A stretch of 64,000 nt of DNA from Pseudotamlana carrageenivorans. Lineage in GTDB: Bacteria > Bacteroidota > Bacteroidia > Flavobacteriales > Flavobacteriaceae. Made by a program: the position numbers and the translations under genes. Location of the stretch: the NCBI RefSeq assembly GCF_002893765.1, contig NZ_CP025938.1, forward strand, positions 1,822,673 through 1,886,672, read 5' to 3'. The notes beneath the pieces were generated by a model. It saw nothing but the letters and a program-made list of their open reading frames with translations. It did no database searches and had not been told where the DNA came from. This document shows, in pieces, positions 39,540-49,910 of the stretch (position 1 is its first letter; every line of letters starts with the position of its first letter).

Positions 39540-40319
39540 TTAAAAAGTCTTTACCACTTTAATTCTGAAAATAATATCATTCGTTCTATACAGTCCGCCA
39601 ATATTCTGTTCGGTGTAATGGTAGGCTAGCATACCTTGAATTTTAAACGTTTTGTCAAATTGGTAACCCGCTCCAGGGGTAATACGAATCACATCGCTAA
39701 ACTGCGAAAGTTCTACTACATTAAAAAAGAATTCTATACCCACAGGGAAATAAAATCCGCGTTCTTCTTGGAATAAAAAGCCTTGTAACCCAATATTTGT
39801 CATAATTTGGTAGCGAAAACGTAACCCAAAATGATTACTGCGGTCTTGTTTGGTAATTAAAAAGCGTTCTTCTAAACGAAAATAGTTAGTAAGATGGATG
39901 CGTTTGGTTAAAGGAAAAGCAACACGATATCCCTGAAAAGGTCTAATTTCCAGTGAATTATTTCCCGTTTTATTATTGAAGTAAAATAAACCTAGTCCGC
40001 CAATATAAGCTTCAGTACGTTTTAAATTCTTGAAAACAAATGGGCTAATCTGTTTTTCATAGCCAGCTCTTGCAATGTATCGGTCCCAGGTATTTGAGTT
40101 TATGGTGCGGTAACCAATATCTGCTTTAAGCGAAACACTATCTTTTAGCTTCCAATTAGGATTTAAAGTAAACCACAATTGTTGTGTAAACGCGTTGTCG
40201 TCTTCAAGAGGTTTGTCTTGGGTATAGCCCATGAAGTTCCAGCAAAAAATAAGGCTATATAAGCAACAAATAAATATCGACCTGGTAGTGTTTTTATGAA
40301 CAGGGCTAAAACAGCGCAT
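39540..40319 (-). CDS. Outer-membrane protein (DUF2490-like beta-barrel)
   Basis: N-terminal hydrophobic region, alternating-hydrophobic strands and C-terminal aromatic residue (…KVVKTF). Confidence 0.35.
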   Translation of the reverse strand: MRCFSPVHKNTTRSIFICCLYSLIFCWNFMGYTQDKPLEDDNAFTQQLWFTLNPNWKLKDSVSLKADIGYRTINSNTWDRYIARAGYEKQISPFVFKNLKRTEAYIGGLGLFYFNNKTGNNSLEIRPFQGYRVAFPLTKRIHLTNYFRLEERFLITKQDRSNHFGLRFRYQIMTNIGLQGFLFQEERGFYFPVGIEFFFNVVELSQFSDVIRITPGAGYQFDKTFKIQGMLAYHYTEQNIGGLYRTNDIIFRIKVVKTF

Positions 40320-40561
40320 GCATTATAGTGATAAGGTTATGGTTGTGTTACAAATAAAAGCATTTTTTTACAAAAAGTAAGCCGTTATTGGGTGTAAGGC
40401 ACTAATACGGACGGAATTAATTTAGTGATAGTTGGAGGTTTAAACCGACTTCGGGCATAAGGTAACTCCGTGTTATTTTAAGGTAAAATACAGTTATTGG
40501 TCTTTGCTTTAAGAGGTTAGATTTGGAATATCTAAATTAATAACAACTAAACTTTAGTATT

Positions 40562-41575
40562 ATGAAAAAAAATTACCTAAGTATTTTATCATTTTTAGCT
40601 TGTCTAGTAATTCAAGCTCAAACGACCATTTATTCTGAAGATTTTACCGATCCAAGTTATAGTGCCATAGAAGCTCAAGATTTGGATTTGCATGTCGATT
40701 GGGCAGCTGGTCATTTTAACAACGCTAGTACTTGGATTTCAAGTGGAGCAAATTCCCAGATTTATACGCAAGCAAACTTTGCTTATAGCGTATTAAGTGC
40801 GCCTATCACTGGTAATGTAGGTGATGTGATTACTGTTAATTCTGTAATGATGTTAGGGTATAACAACCAAAGCTTTAGTGGGTCAGACAAGGATATGGCT
40901 TTAGTTGGACTTACGGTTTCAGCAAACCCTACACAAGCTTCTGTTTTAGGACAAACCCGTGATGGTGTTATAATCAAAACATTAATAGCTAATGGAGGTA
41001 CTGTAGAATTATCGAATACTGTAGGATCGTTTGCTAACGCATTATCGATTAGTCAAGCTGATAAAAGTGCTTATGATATTATTCAAGAGTACACGATAGG
41101 AGCAGATGCAGCTAGCACGACCAAAAAAGTTAGACTACAAAACTTAGGTAGTGGTGAAACTTCTATTGTAGAAGAGGTAACAGGAATTCAAGCCGATGTG
41201 TACAGTGCTCTTGTAGGTTCTGGTGCCTATTATTTTAACTGGTCACTTGGTTTTTATGAAGCTGGAGGAACTAATATTAATACCTTGTTACAAAACAGAA
41301 TAACAATCACGAGAAATGATGTGGTGCTTTCTACAGGTGATAGAAACGAAGCTTTTGCTTTTAAAATGTATCCAAACCCTGTTGCTAATGCGTTGTATAT
41401 TGATACACTAGAGCCTCTTCAAAACGTATCGGTTTATAGCTTATTAGGAAAACAAGTATTATCCTTAAATAATGTTTCTAATAGTATTGATGTGTCTTCG
41501 TTAAGTCCTTCAGTATATGTGATTAAGTTAACATCTGAAAGCGGTGTAGTAACTAAGAAATTTATAAAAAATTAA
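40562..41575 (+). CDS. Secreted protein with a T9SS C-terminal sorting domain
   Basis: Signal peptide; the C-terminal ~80 aa …NPVANALYIDTLEPLQNVSVYSLLGKQVLSL…SPSVYVIKLTSESGVVTKKFIKN is typical of a type-A C-terminal sorting domain. Confidence 0.55.
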   Translation: MKKNYLSILSFLACLVIQAQTTIYSEDFTDPSYSAIEAQDLDLHVDWAAGHFNNASTWISSGANSQIYTQANFAYSVLSAPITGNVGDVITVNSVMMLGYNNQSFSGSDKDMALVGLTVSANPTQASVLGQTRDGVIIKTLIANGGTVELSNTVGSFANALSISQADKSAYDIIQEYTIGADAASTTKKVRLQNLGSGETSIVEEVTGIQADVYSALVGSGAYYFNWSLGFYEAGGTNINTLLQNRITITRNDVVLSTGDRNEAFAFKMYPNPVANALYIDTLEPLQNVSVYSLLGKQVLSLNNVSNSIDVSSLSPSVYVIKLTSESGVVTKKFIKN

Positions 41576-41616
41576 AAATAATAGTTAGTTTATTTAGTAG
41601 TTAAAGTTTTTTAAGA

Positions 41617-41660
41617 TTAAAGGCCGTTTAATTTCATATTAAACGGCCTTTTTGATTTTT
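41617..41660. terminator. Bidirectional hairpin terminator between convergent genes
   Basis: aaaggccgtttaatTTCATattaaacggccttttt. Confidence 0.45.
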
Positions 41661-41946
41661 CAAGTTTCAAGTTTCAAGTTTTGAAGTAACAAAGTAGCAA
41701 AGCGGCAAAGTAACAGAGTTTCAGAGCTTCAAAGATACTAGGTGCCAACAGTCAATAATCAATAGTAAATATTAGATAGAAAATATCAAGTAGTTTGAAG
41801 CTGAGGTCTTGGGATTAAACAATCATGGTTTTTGAATGCCAACAGTCAACAATCAATAATCAATAATCAATATTAAATAGTAAATATAGGATAGTAAATA
41901 TTAGAGTTAAAGGTCAACAGTCAAAAGTCAATGAAACTATTTTCAA

Positions 41947-43164
41947 TTATTTTTTAATAAACTTTCCGGTTTTAATTTGATTGTTATGATTGGTTTTAAT
42001 GAAATATATGCCAGGTAATAAATGGCGAACATCTATTGGATTAGTATGGTTTTCTAATTGTTTTTGAAAGACGCTTTGTCCCAATGAATTGAAAATAGTA
42101 ATCTCAGCGTTCTGTGTGTCTTTTAAATATAAATAATCTTCAGTTGGATTAGGAAAAGCTTTTAGTTTGCTTTGTTTTGAATCTGAAACACTTAACGCAT
42201 TATCCTTCGACCACACCCTTAAATAATCCAAATACATGCTAACAGGCATTGCTGGTAGATTCTTGCTTGCTCTGTCATCTACTTCGGGGTTTACTGGGAC
42301 AAAGGCATTTCCGCTAAAAGTAACAAACGGAACACGCATACCTAGTGAAACGATAACTTGTAATGGGTTTTTGCTCCAGTGAGTATTATCTAAGGATTTT
42401 CCAACCTTAATACCATCGATATAAAAATGAATTTTATCTGGTGTTATTTCACAGCCATAGGTATGCCATCCTTTAGCAGGGTCGAACCTGCCCGGAAGTT
42501 CATATTTGTTAAGCTGCGCATCTGGATTTTGTTTCGGACGTATAAAATTTCTACCATTTCCAGTAGCCACTTTAGTTGCTAAGTGTAAATTCGATTCTGC
42601 ATCATAAATTAAATCTTGTACCCCGTTGTAATAGTCAAACTGTTGCAACTCGACCACATCAATTTCTGTATAGATGACCTCACCTACGGGTTTATCGTCA
42701 TAAAACTCACTGTATAGCCAAAAAGCAGGGCATACGCCACGTCTTTTATCAATTCCTGAAGCTAGAGGTGCTTCTAGATCTGCGCCCCAAATACGGGCTT
42801 CTACATAGCCTACAAATCCGGTAGGTAATACGTTGGTGTTTTGTAAACAGCCCGTATTAAAGTAGGTGCCATCAACAGGTGTGTTTCCAGTATTTTGACG
42901 TGCCGTAATTGATGCTGCTTGTTCGCCTTGAAAGGTGGTAGGGTTGACATTAGTGTCGTTATTCCATTTCCAAGCGGCTACATTGGGTAGGTTGTTTGTT
43001 TTACTCCACTTTGTCCAGTTGATAGTGGTAGCATTAAATTCGTCGGTGTACTCGGGGAGTAAAGTCCATGTGTCGCTTGGGTTAAATGAGTTTACAGGGT
43101 TTTGACTAAATAAACTTAGGCTTGTGAGTGCAAGGGTGATAAAAATGTAATGAGTTGTTTTCAT
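41947..43164 (-). CDS. Glycoside hydrolase family 16 enzyme with a T9SS C-terminal sorting domain
   Basis: GH16 catalytic motif EIDVVE (…VIYTEIDVVELQ…) and C-terminal sorting domain …PGIYFIKTNHNNQIKTGKFIKK. Confidence 0.7.
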   Translation of the reverse strand: MKTTHYIFITLALTSLSLFSQNPVNSFNPSDTWTLLPEYTDEFNATTINWTKWSKTNNLPNVAAWKWNNDTNVNPTTFQGEQAASITARQNTGNTPVDGTYFNTGCLQNTNVLPTGFVGYVEARIWGADLEAPLASGIDKRRGVCPAFWLYSEFYDDKPVGEVIYTEIDVVELQQFDYYNGVQDLIYDAESNLHLATKVATGNGRNFIRPKQNPDAQLNKYELPGRFDPAKGWHTYGCEITPDKIHFYIDGIKVGKSLDNTHWSKNPLQVIVSLGMRVPFVTFSGNAFVPVNPEVDDRASKNLPAMPVSMYLDYLRVWSKDNALSVSDSKQSKLKAFPNPTEDYLYLKDTQNAEITIFNSLGQSVFQKQLENHTNPIDVRHLLPGIYFIKTNHNNQIKTGKFIKK

Positions 43165-43247
43165 TGTTTTTTTCGAATGGGGATTAAAAAAATAAAACCA
43201 ATAACTTTTTAGGTGCTATTGGTTTTATTATGGTTTTAATTAGGTAG

Positions 43248-44708
43248 TTAAATAGTAGTTGTAATACGTTTTTTTACTAAGTAATCTTCTAGAGCTAAAT
43301 GCGAACAGTCGTGACCTATACCGCTATTTTTATATCCACCGTGTGGTAAATAAATCGCGTATTTTACACCGTTAATATGAATTTCACCAAACTCTAATTC
43401 TTCGGTAAAGCGTTCAATGCGTTTATGGTTGTTGGTGAAAATGTACGAAGCCAATCCGAATTCGGTATCATTCGCCAGTTCCAACACTTCATCGTCGGTT
43501 TCAAAAGGCATGATACCAGCAACCGGGCCAAAGGTTTCTTTTCTGAACAGATCCATATTTGTTTTAATATCCGAAATGACAGTAGGCTCAATCCAGTTCC
43601 CACCTTCAGGAAGGTTTTCTGGTATTTTTCCTCCGTATTGTAATTTAGCTCCTTTGCTAACCGCATCGTCAATGAGGTCGAACATTCTATCGCGGTCTTT
43701 ACGACTTACTACAGGACCCATAAATACTTCAGGGTTTTCTTTAATGCCGAAACCTATTTGGATTTTAGAAGCCTTTTTCACATAAGCTTCAATAAATGCA
43801 TCGTAAATGTTTTTATGTACAAAAATGCGGTTTGCAGCGACACAAATTTGTCCGGTATTGCCAAATTTAAGTCCGATAGCCAGATCTACAGCTTTGTCAA
43901 AATCAGCATCCTCAAAAACGATAAAAGGGGCATTACCTCCTAATTCCATACCAAATTTTTTGATTGATGTTGTACTGTCTGCAATTACGCGTAAACCTGT
44001 GTTTGTTGATCCAATCATGGTTAAAACAGCAGGGATATGACTGGTAGTCATTGTTGTTGCAACCTCGCTGCTTGGACCAGATAAAATATTAACGACGCCA
44101 GCAGGGAAATTGATGCTATGCATGATTTCACCTACCATGTATGCCGATAGAGGTGAAAGGGCAGAAGGTTTAATAATTAATGAACAACCAGCAGCTAAAG
44201 CAGGACCGATTTTATAACCCACATTTAAAAGTGGAAAATTCCAGGCTAAATAGGCCACAGCTACTCCTGCAGGTTTCGAAATCATTTTATGAGCATGGGT
44301 GTTATCGTAATCTGGTATTTGCTCTTCGCGTAAATTTTGCATCGCAGCAGGATACCATTCTAAAGCTTCGGTAAGTCGGTCAATATCCTCTTGCGAGCCG
44401 GCAAAGGTTTTACCCATTTCATGAACCATGGCGGTTCTTAATTCATCTGCTTTATCTAAAATGGCTAAGCGCAGTTTATGCATCCATTTAGTACGTTCGG
44501 CAAGTGAAAGTTTAGACCAATATTTAAATCCTTTTTGGGCTGTTTTCAGTGCTTTTAAAGCGTCTTCTTTTCCAGCTCGAGCTACTTGAGCGATAACTTC
44601 TCCTGTAGCCGGACAAATAACATCGTCACGTTCTTTACTAACAGCATCTAGCAATTCGCCGCCAATGTATAATTTTTTATATCCGAAATTTTGCGTTTTC
44701 ATTTTCAA
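43248..44708 (-). CDS. Aldehyde dehydrogenase-family enzyme (candidate 3,6-anhydrogalactose dehydrogenase, DauA/AhgD-like)
   Basis: ALDH Glu/Cys active-site region (…FGMELGGNAP…QICVAANRIFVH…) and NAD(P)-binding GxGxxG. The role is inferred from neighbouring genes. Confidence 0.85.
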   Translation of the reverse strand: MKMKTQNFGYKKLYIGGELLDAVSKERDDVICPATGEVIAQVARAGKEDALKALKTAQKGFKYWSKLSLAERTKWMHKLRLAILDKADELRTAMVHEMGKTFAGSQEDIDRLTEALEWYPAAMQNLREEQIPDYDNTHAHKMISKPAGVAVAYLAWNFPLLNVGYKIGPALAAGCSLIIKPSALSPLSAYMVGEIMHSINFPAGVVNILSGPSSEVATTMTTSHIPAVLTMIGSTNTGLRVIADSTTSIKKFGMELGGNAPFIVFEDADFDKAVDLAIGLKFGNTGQICVAANRIFVHKNIYDAFIEAYVKKASKIQIGFGIKENPEVFMGPVVSRKDRDRMFDLIDDAVSKGAKLQYGGKIPENLPEGGNWIEPTVISDIKTNMDLFRKETFGPVAGIMPFETDDEVLELANDTEFGLASYIFTNNHKRIERFTEELEFGEIHINGVKYAIYLPHGGYKNSGIGHDCSHLALEDYLVKKRITTTI

Positions 44709-44722
44709 TTTTTTTATATCAA

Positions 44723-45850
44723 TTATATAGAAAATTCTTTTAAAACAGCCTCATCCACATCAATACCAAGGCCAGGTCGGTTAGGGACTTCAATATAGCC
44801 ATCTTTCATTTCAATAGCTGGGTAAGTGAGTTTTTCACGTAATCCGTTTTCGGTTTGGTCGTATTCAATTAAGAAATTGGGTTGATACATACGTCCTGGT
44901 ACCGATTCGATATTGGAAATAAAATGTAGCGCCACATGAATACCTATGGAAGTTCCCCATGTATGTGGAATAATATCCACACCGTTAGCACTAGCCAAGG
45001 CACCAATACGCTTGGCTTCTGTAAGTCCGCCACTAGCACAAATATCTGGTTGGATGATGTCTACCGATTTGTTTTCAATGAGTTGTTGGAAGCCAAATCG
45101 TAGGTATTCACACTCGCCTCCCGATATAGGAATGGTCGTTTTTTGTCTCAATTCGTTATACTGCGAATAGAACTCTGGAGATATAGGTTCTTCAAACCAA
45201 CCAATATCGTACTGTTCTATTTTTCGAGCTAGCTCGGTAGCTTCCCTTAGAGTGTATGCGTGGTTGGAATCGACCATTAGTTTAATATCTGGTCCGATGT
45301 ACTCACGCATTTTTCTTACGTTTTCAACATCTTGCTTAATGCCTAAACCTACTTTCATTTTCATGGCTTTAAAACCTTGAGAAATGTAAAGTTTCGCTTC
45401 TTCCTCAAAATCTCTAGCAGGATTATCATGGTCTGTAAAATACAGTCCTGTAGCATAAGGTTGTATTTTGTTACGATGTGCTCCACCCAATAAGGTTGAA
45501 ATGGGAAGGTTTAATATTTTACCTTTTAAATCCCAAATAGCAATATCTATGGCGCTCATAGAAGCGACTAAAATACCACGTCTGGCAAAATCTAAAGTTT
45601 TGCGGTACATGTGATTCCAGATCACTTCATTCTCTAAAGGATTTTTACCAATAACATGAGGTTCTAATAATTTAATACCAGAGGCTAACACGGTTGCAGG
45701 GCCATAACCCTCACCCCATCCGTACTGTCCGTTTGAAGCTGTAACCTTTACAACGCAAATGCAACGTTCGGCATATTCCCATTGTGAAAAGAAAAAACTC
45801 TTGGATAAGGTATCTTTTAAAATAAACGTTTCTATTTTTTCTATTGTCAT
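44723..45850 (-). CDS. Enolase-superfamily (mandelate racemase/muconate-lactonizing enzyme) enzyme (candidate 3,6-anhydrogalactonate cycloisomerase, DauB-like)
   Basis: MR/MLE metal-ligand pattern (KVG…D…E…D), e.g. …AMKMKVG…LMVDSNHAY…WFEEP…. The role is inferred from context. Confidence 0.8.
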   Translation of the reverse strand: MTIEKIETFILKDTLSKSFFFSQWEYAERCICVVKVTASNGQYGWGEGYGPATVLASGIKLLEPHVIGKNPLENEVIWNHMYRKTLDFARRGILVASMSAIDIAIWDLKGKILNLPISTLLGGAHRNKIQPYATGLYFTDHDNPARDFEEEAKLYISQGFKAMKMKVGLGIKQDVENVRKMREYIGPDIKLMVDSNHAYTLREATELARKIEQYDIGWFEEPISPEFYSQYNELRQKTTIPISGGECEYLRFGFQQLIENKSVDIIQPDICASGGLTEAKRIGALASANGVDIIPHTWGTSIGIHVALHFISNIESVPGRMYQPNFLIEYDQTENGLREKLTYPAIEMKDGYIEVPNRPGLGIDVDEAVLKEFSI

Positions 45851-45893
45851 AATTTTGTTTTTTAATGCTTGGTTAGCCTTTGATTTAAAGGAA

Positions 45894-46322
45894 TTAGTTG
45901 TAAACTTCGGTGTCTGTTACCATAACATCATAAACGGTTGTTCCATTTTCTGTTAAGGTGCCTTGTCCCGTTGTTTTATCGGCGTTAACCAAATAAGTAA
46001 TTTCTTCTTCCCCTATGTATTCACCGTCCTCATCTAGAAGTTCAACTATTTTAGTTACAGTAATTTCAAAGGTTGTATCGTTTGAGCTATCACTATAATT
46101 TTTAGTAACAAAATTGGAAGCGTTTACTGGTGTTATATATTCAATAATTAAAGGTTTATCTTGATATATGTTTATTTTAAACGGACCGTTATTGCTGATT
46201 TCTGTTAGGCTGAAAACTGGTGTTTTCTCAGCATCAAAATCTTTAAAATTAGATTCTTCATCACAGGCTACAAACATGATAACACATGCCAAAAGGCCAA
46301 TTATATATTTCAATTTTTTCAT
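45894..46322 (-). CDS. Small lipoprotein of unknown function inside the polysaccharide utilisation locus
   Basis: Lipoprotein signal …LLACVIMFVACDE. Confidence 0.35.
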   Translation of the reverse strand: MKKLKYIIGLLACVIMFVACDEESNFKDFDAEKTPVFSLTEISNNGPFKINIYQDKPLIIEYITPVNASNFVTKNYSDSSNDTTFEITVTKIVELLDEDGEYIGEEEITYLVNADKTTGQGTLTENGTTVYDVMVTDTEVYN

Positions 46323-46343
46323 TGTTTTTTGTATTTCAAATTA

Positions 46344-48101
46344 TTAAGGTCTGTTTTCAATTACGACTAAAGAAAGCTCATCGAAATAGATCTCTTGTGG
46401 TCCAGTTACGCCTGGGTTATCTACATCTAGGATGCGTAAAGTGGTGCGTCGATTAGCTTCGGATGATGTTATTTTGTTGGCTATAACAAGCGGAGCATCG
46501 GCCGTTACTTTAACCCATTCCCCTCTTGGTGCAGTAGAAATATCGAAGTATAAGTAGCCATAAATAGGGTTTCCAAATTCGGTTCTAAACGTATTAATAG
46601 TGGTTCCTGGTTCAATGAATACCCAATAAGATACTTGGTAAGTTCCGGCATCAAGACCATTTGGGTTATCGGCTAAACCAAAACCAAATAAGTTAACTAA
46701 TGGTATTGAGACATCTGGAATTTGGTAACGCATACTAGCGCTTCCTGTATAAGATTTCGTGGTCACACGCTCGTAAATTAAATCGCCATATTGCCCATTG
46801 CCTTGTCCTGGTGGAATCCAGTATTTTGATGATGCAAAAGCATTATCGGCATTTCCTCCGGTAAGTTCAAAACTCGCCCAAGAGTTTGCTGGTAAAACGT
46901 TGTTTCCAAAATGCATTTGTACCAGTTCTGGTCCGAATGGTTCTAAAATTCTATTGTCGGCTGATTCAATAGTGGATCCAGAATAAGAAACAGTAACTTC
47001 ATCGGAATTGTAAATTGGAGCTGCTAAACTTAATTCAATAAAAGTCGCATCACTCGCACGAACTTTAGCGGTTTGAACAGGGATATCTTGATTAAATCCA
47101 GAAGTAGGATTGTTAACATGCACGGTGAAATTGCTTTCTTGCCCAGTAAATGGTAGGACCTCACCTGTTACCCTGAATGAAATGGTTTGATTTGCTGCTT
47201 CGGAAAGTGCACCATCATAAACAAAAGGTTGTGTAGATTGAACTACCTTAACTTTTAAAGGAATAATTTTTTGTGCTGAATAACTTGGAACTGGATTGTC
47301 GGTTGAAGCAAATCTAAAAGATCTCAATGTTCCTGCATTATAAGTTCCTAATTTATAGAATTTAATTTCAGTTTCGGTTTGAGCATCTGTAATAATTTGA
47401 TTTGGCACGCCTTGAGCACTTTTCCACTCCGCTCTATTAGGTCGGCCAGTAGTCGTATTGTCTTTAAAGGTTAAAGAGGAGGCGGCTTCTACCTCAACTA
47501 TAGGCCAAGTGCTTTGGTCGTTAATATCAATAATATCATCTTCAGAAACATTAATGATTTCATTACCGTTTTGCAACACGGAAAAGGCTGGTAATATTTC
47601 GGCATAGACATCAAAAATAAATTTGGTGTCAACAACATATTCACCATTTTCTTCATAGGTGTCAATTTTCACTACTAAAGAGTCATTTCCAGACACAGTT
47701 GGTGTTGTTGGCTCTTTAAATTTGTTGATCAGTCTTACAGTGTTTGTGCCACTATTTTTGAATAAAATAAACGCTTTTTTATGATCCATGGAAGTGCCGA
47801 GGTCTTCATCAATAAAGTTGTCTAAAGTATCACTGGTTTTAAAGCCTGTTTCTAAAAAATAGTTACCCTCTTCAATAATCCATTCACTTCTTGTAGCGCC
47901 CTGAGCTAGATTCATAAAAGGCACATGCGTATTGGCATTAATTTTAAATTGAGCTTCTCTGCTCGGTCTATTTTGATCTAAGCCTACTATCCAAGACACA
48001 TCTGTTAAGTCGTCTGGAGCTGTAAAGTCGGCATATTCCTCTTCACATCCTAAAACAAGTAATAAGCTGAAAAAAAGTATATATTTATTTATGTTTTTCA
48101 T
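46344..48101 (-). CDS. SusE/SusF-like surface glycan-binding lipoprotein (putative)
   Basis: Lipoprotein signal LLLVLGCEEE; sits immediately downstream of the SusD-like gene, as in canonical polysaccharide utilisation loci. Confidence 0.4.
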   Translation of the reverse strand: MKNINKYILFFSLLLVLGCEEEYADFTAPDDLTDVSWIVGLDQNRPSREAQFKINANTHVPFMNLAQGATRSEWIIEEGNYFLETGFKTSDTLDNFIDEDLGTSMDHKKAFILFKNSGTNTVRLINKFKEPTTPTVSGNDSLVVKIDTYEENGEYVVDTKFIFDVYAEILPAFSVLQNGNEIINVSEDDIIDINDQSTWPIVEVEAASSLTFKDNTTTGRPNRAEWKSAQGVPNQIITDAQTETEIKFYKLGTYNAGTLRSFRFASTDNPVPSYSAQKIIPLKVKVVQSTQPFVYDGALSEAANQTISFRVTGEVLPFTGQESNFTVHVNNPTSGFNQDIPVQTAKVRASDATFIELSLAAPIYNSDEVTVSYSGSTIESADNRILEPFGPELVQMHFGNNVLPANSWASFELTGGNADNAFASSKYWIPPGQGNGQYGDLIYERVTTKSYTGSASMRYQIPDVSIPLVNLFGFGLADNPNGLDAGTYQVSYWVFIEPGTTINTFRTEFGNPIYGYLYFDISTAPRGEWVKVTADAPLVIANKITSSEANRRTTLRILDVDNPGVTGPQEIYFDELSLVVIENRP

Positions 48102-48115
48102 GAGTTTTTTGTTTT

Positions 48116-49906
48116 TTAGTTAAGGTTTGGATTGGCATTAACTTCGGCAAAAGGAATAGGGAAATATCCGTGTCTTTCTTCGTTATAGTTTAAACTAGGG
48201 ATATCATATTCGTAGTCTACTGTAATGTGTGCCCCAGTTGGTTTCTGGCTTTCAATAGAAGGGTAGTTGAAGCGGGTTTCGTTTTGTTCTTTTGTATAGT
48301 TGTAATAGGTGAAATTAACACCATAGTACTCTTCGCTTGCTAATTCTTCCAAACGTTCTTTAAAGCCGTAATTTTCCGATTTTTTCCATCTGCGGAAATC
48401 TAAAGTTCTAATACAATGGCCTTCAACAGCCATTTCAAGTGGTTTTTCAACACGCATAAGATGTTGCATTAAAGATTGCTCGGTATAAACTTGCTCGTCA
48501 TAAGTATGAGCAATGTCACCATTAGATAGACCTAGAAGCACCAGACCCCATCTTTTTCTAATATCATTCATTAAGTTTATTGCGCCATTAACATCGCCTG
48601 TTTTAATTTTACATTCGGCTTGCATAAGCATGACATCGGCAAGGCGATTTAGTGTGATGTTTTTAGATGAGAATTGTTGTCCGCCTGGCAACTCACTCTC
48701 TACAGAAACAATATCGTGGTTTTGGTATTTCTTCCACCAAGCAAATCCCCAAGCGGTTCCATGAAAACGCTGGTATTCACTTGTTGTGCCGTCTAAATAG
48801 TAAGTAGTTTCGTTATCGTCAACCAAAGCAATCATGGCCGATGCACGTAGTGGCACATGGCGCAAGGTTAAACTTCCTGATACCGGATCGTTATAATAAT
48901 TACGACTGTCTAATGGGTCCATTGGTTCTTCTTTGTAAGCAGAGGCAATCCATGCTGGTCCTGTGGCCGATTGTGTTTGAGACGTACGAACATTTAACCA
49001 GTTGGTGCCAGATTCACCAGTCCAAGGGGTTAAATCGATACGTACTTGCTCGGCAGCAAAGTTAATTTCGAAAATGGATTCGTCGTTAAACTCACCAGCA
49101 GTAGTAAATAATTTAGACATGTCGTACTCAAGGCTGTAACCATGGTTATTAATTACATCGTCAAAATAAGGCATGGCCATATTGTAATCTAGTTCGTATA
49201 GATAACTGGTTCCTAAAATGGTTGCAGCGGCTCCCGATGTCACTCTACTTAAATCGTTATCAGGATAAGCACCTTTTTTGTATAAGTTGGCATAGGCAAA
49301 TTCTAAATCTTCACGGATAAATTCAATAACTTCTGAAGGTGAAGATAAAGGCTTGCTAAAATCGTCGTTAGTTTCAGGAACGCGATCGCGGATGATTATG
49401 CTACCTTGATTAAAAGACGTATACAAGTAAAAGTGAAACAAACCTCTAAAGAAACGAGCTTGTGCCATTTGCGATGTCCATTCGGCTTCATCACTTATCG
49501 TTTCTTTAATGTTTTCTAGGGCTTCAATAACTTGATTGGCTCTAAAAATACCTGTGTAATTGGTTTGCCATTTTTGTAAAATAGCATCTGTACTCCCATT
49601 GTAAAGGTGTAAATAAAACTCTTCGGTATTATCTGGATTAGGTCTTCCGTATCCTGGGTAACCCATATCCGAACGTAATATTTCTTCAAACTTTATGATA
49701 ACTCCAGGGTTGTGAAGTGTTTGATAAACGGCATTTAGGCCTTTGTCTGTTTCCGATAGGTTTCTCCAAAAGCTATCTGTAGACACTACATTTGGATTCT
49801 TTTCTTCTAAGAACTCATTGTTTTCACAAGACGCCATAAAAGCGACTAGTAGTGTAAGGGTTATATATTTTAGAATTCGTTGTTTCATAACAAATAAATT
49901 TCTCAT
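48116..49906 (-). CDS. susD: SusD/RagB-family nutrient-binding outer-membrane lipoprotein
   Basis: Lipoprotein signal (…MASCEN), TPR-like SusD fold and SusC-SusD gene pairing. Confidence 0.8.
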   Translation of the reverse strand: MRNLFVMKQRILKYITLTLLVAFMASCENNEFLEEKNPNVVSTDSFWRNLSETDKGLNAVYQTLHNPGVIIKFEEILRSDMGYPGYGRPNPDNTEEFYLHLYNGSTDAILQKWQTNYTGIFRANQVIEALENIKETISDEAEWTSQMAQARFFRGLFHFYLYTSFNQGSIIIRDRVPETNDDFSKPLSSPSEVIEFIREDLEFAYANLYKKGAYPDNDLSRVTSGAAATILGTSYLYELDYNMAMPYFDDVINNHGYSLEYDMSKLFTTAGEFNDESIFEINFAAEQVRIDLTPWTGESGTNWLNVRTSQTQSATGPAWIASAYKEEPMDPLDSRNYYNDPVSGSLTLRHVPLRASAMIALVDDNETTYYLDGTTSEYQRFHGTAWGFAWWKKYQNHDIVSVESELPGGQQFSSKNITLNRLADVMLMQAECKIKTGDVNGAINLMNDIRKRWGLVLLGLSNGDIAHTYDEQVYTEQSLMQHLMRVEKPLEMAVEGHCIRTLDFRRWKKSENYGFKERLEELASEEYYGVNFTYYNYTKEQNETRFNYPSIESQKPTGAHITVDYEYDIPSLNYNEERHGYFPIPFAEVNANPNLN

Positions 49907-49910
49907 TTAA

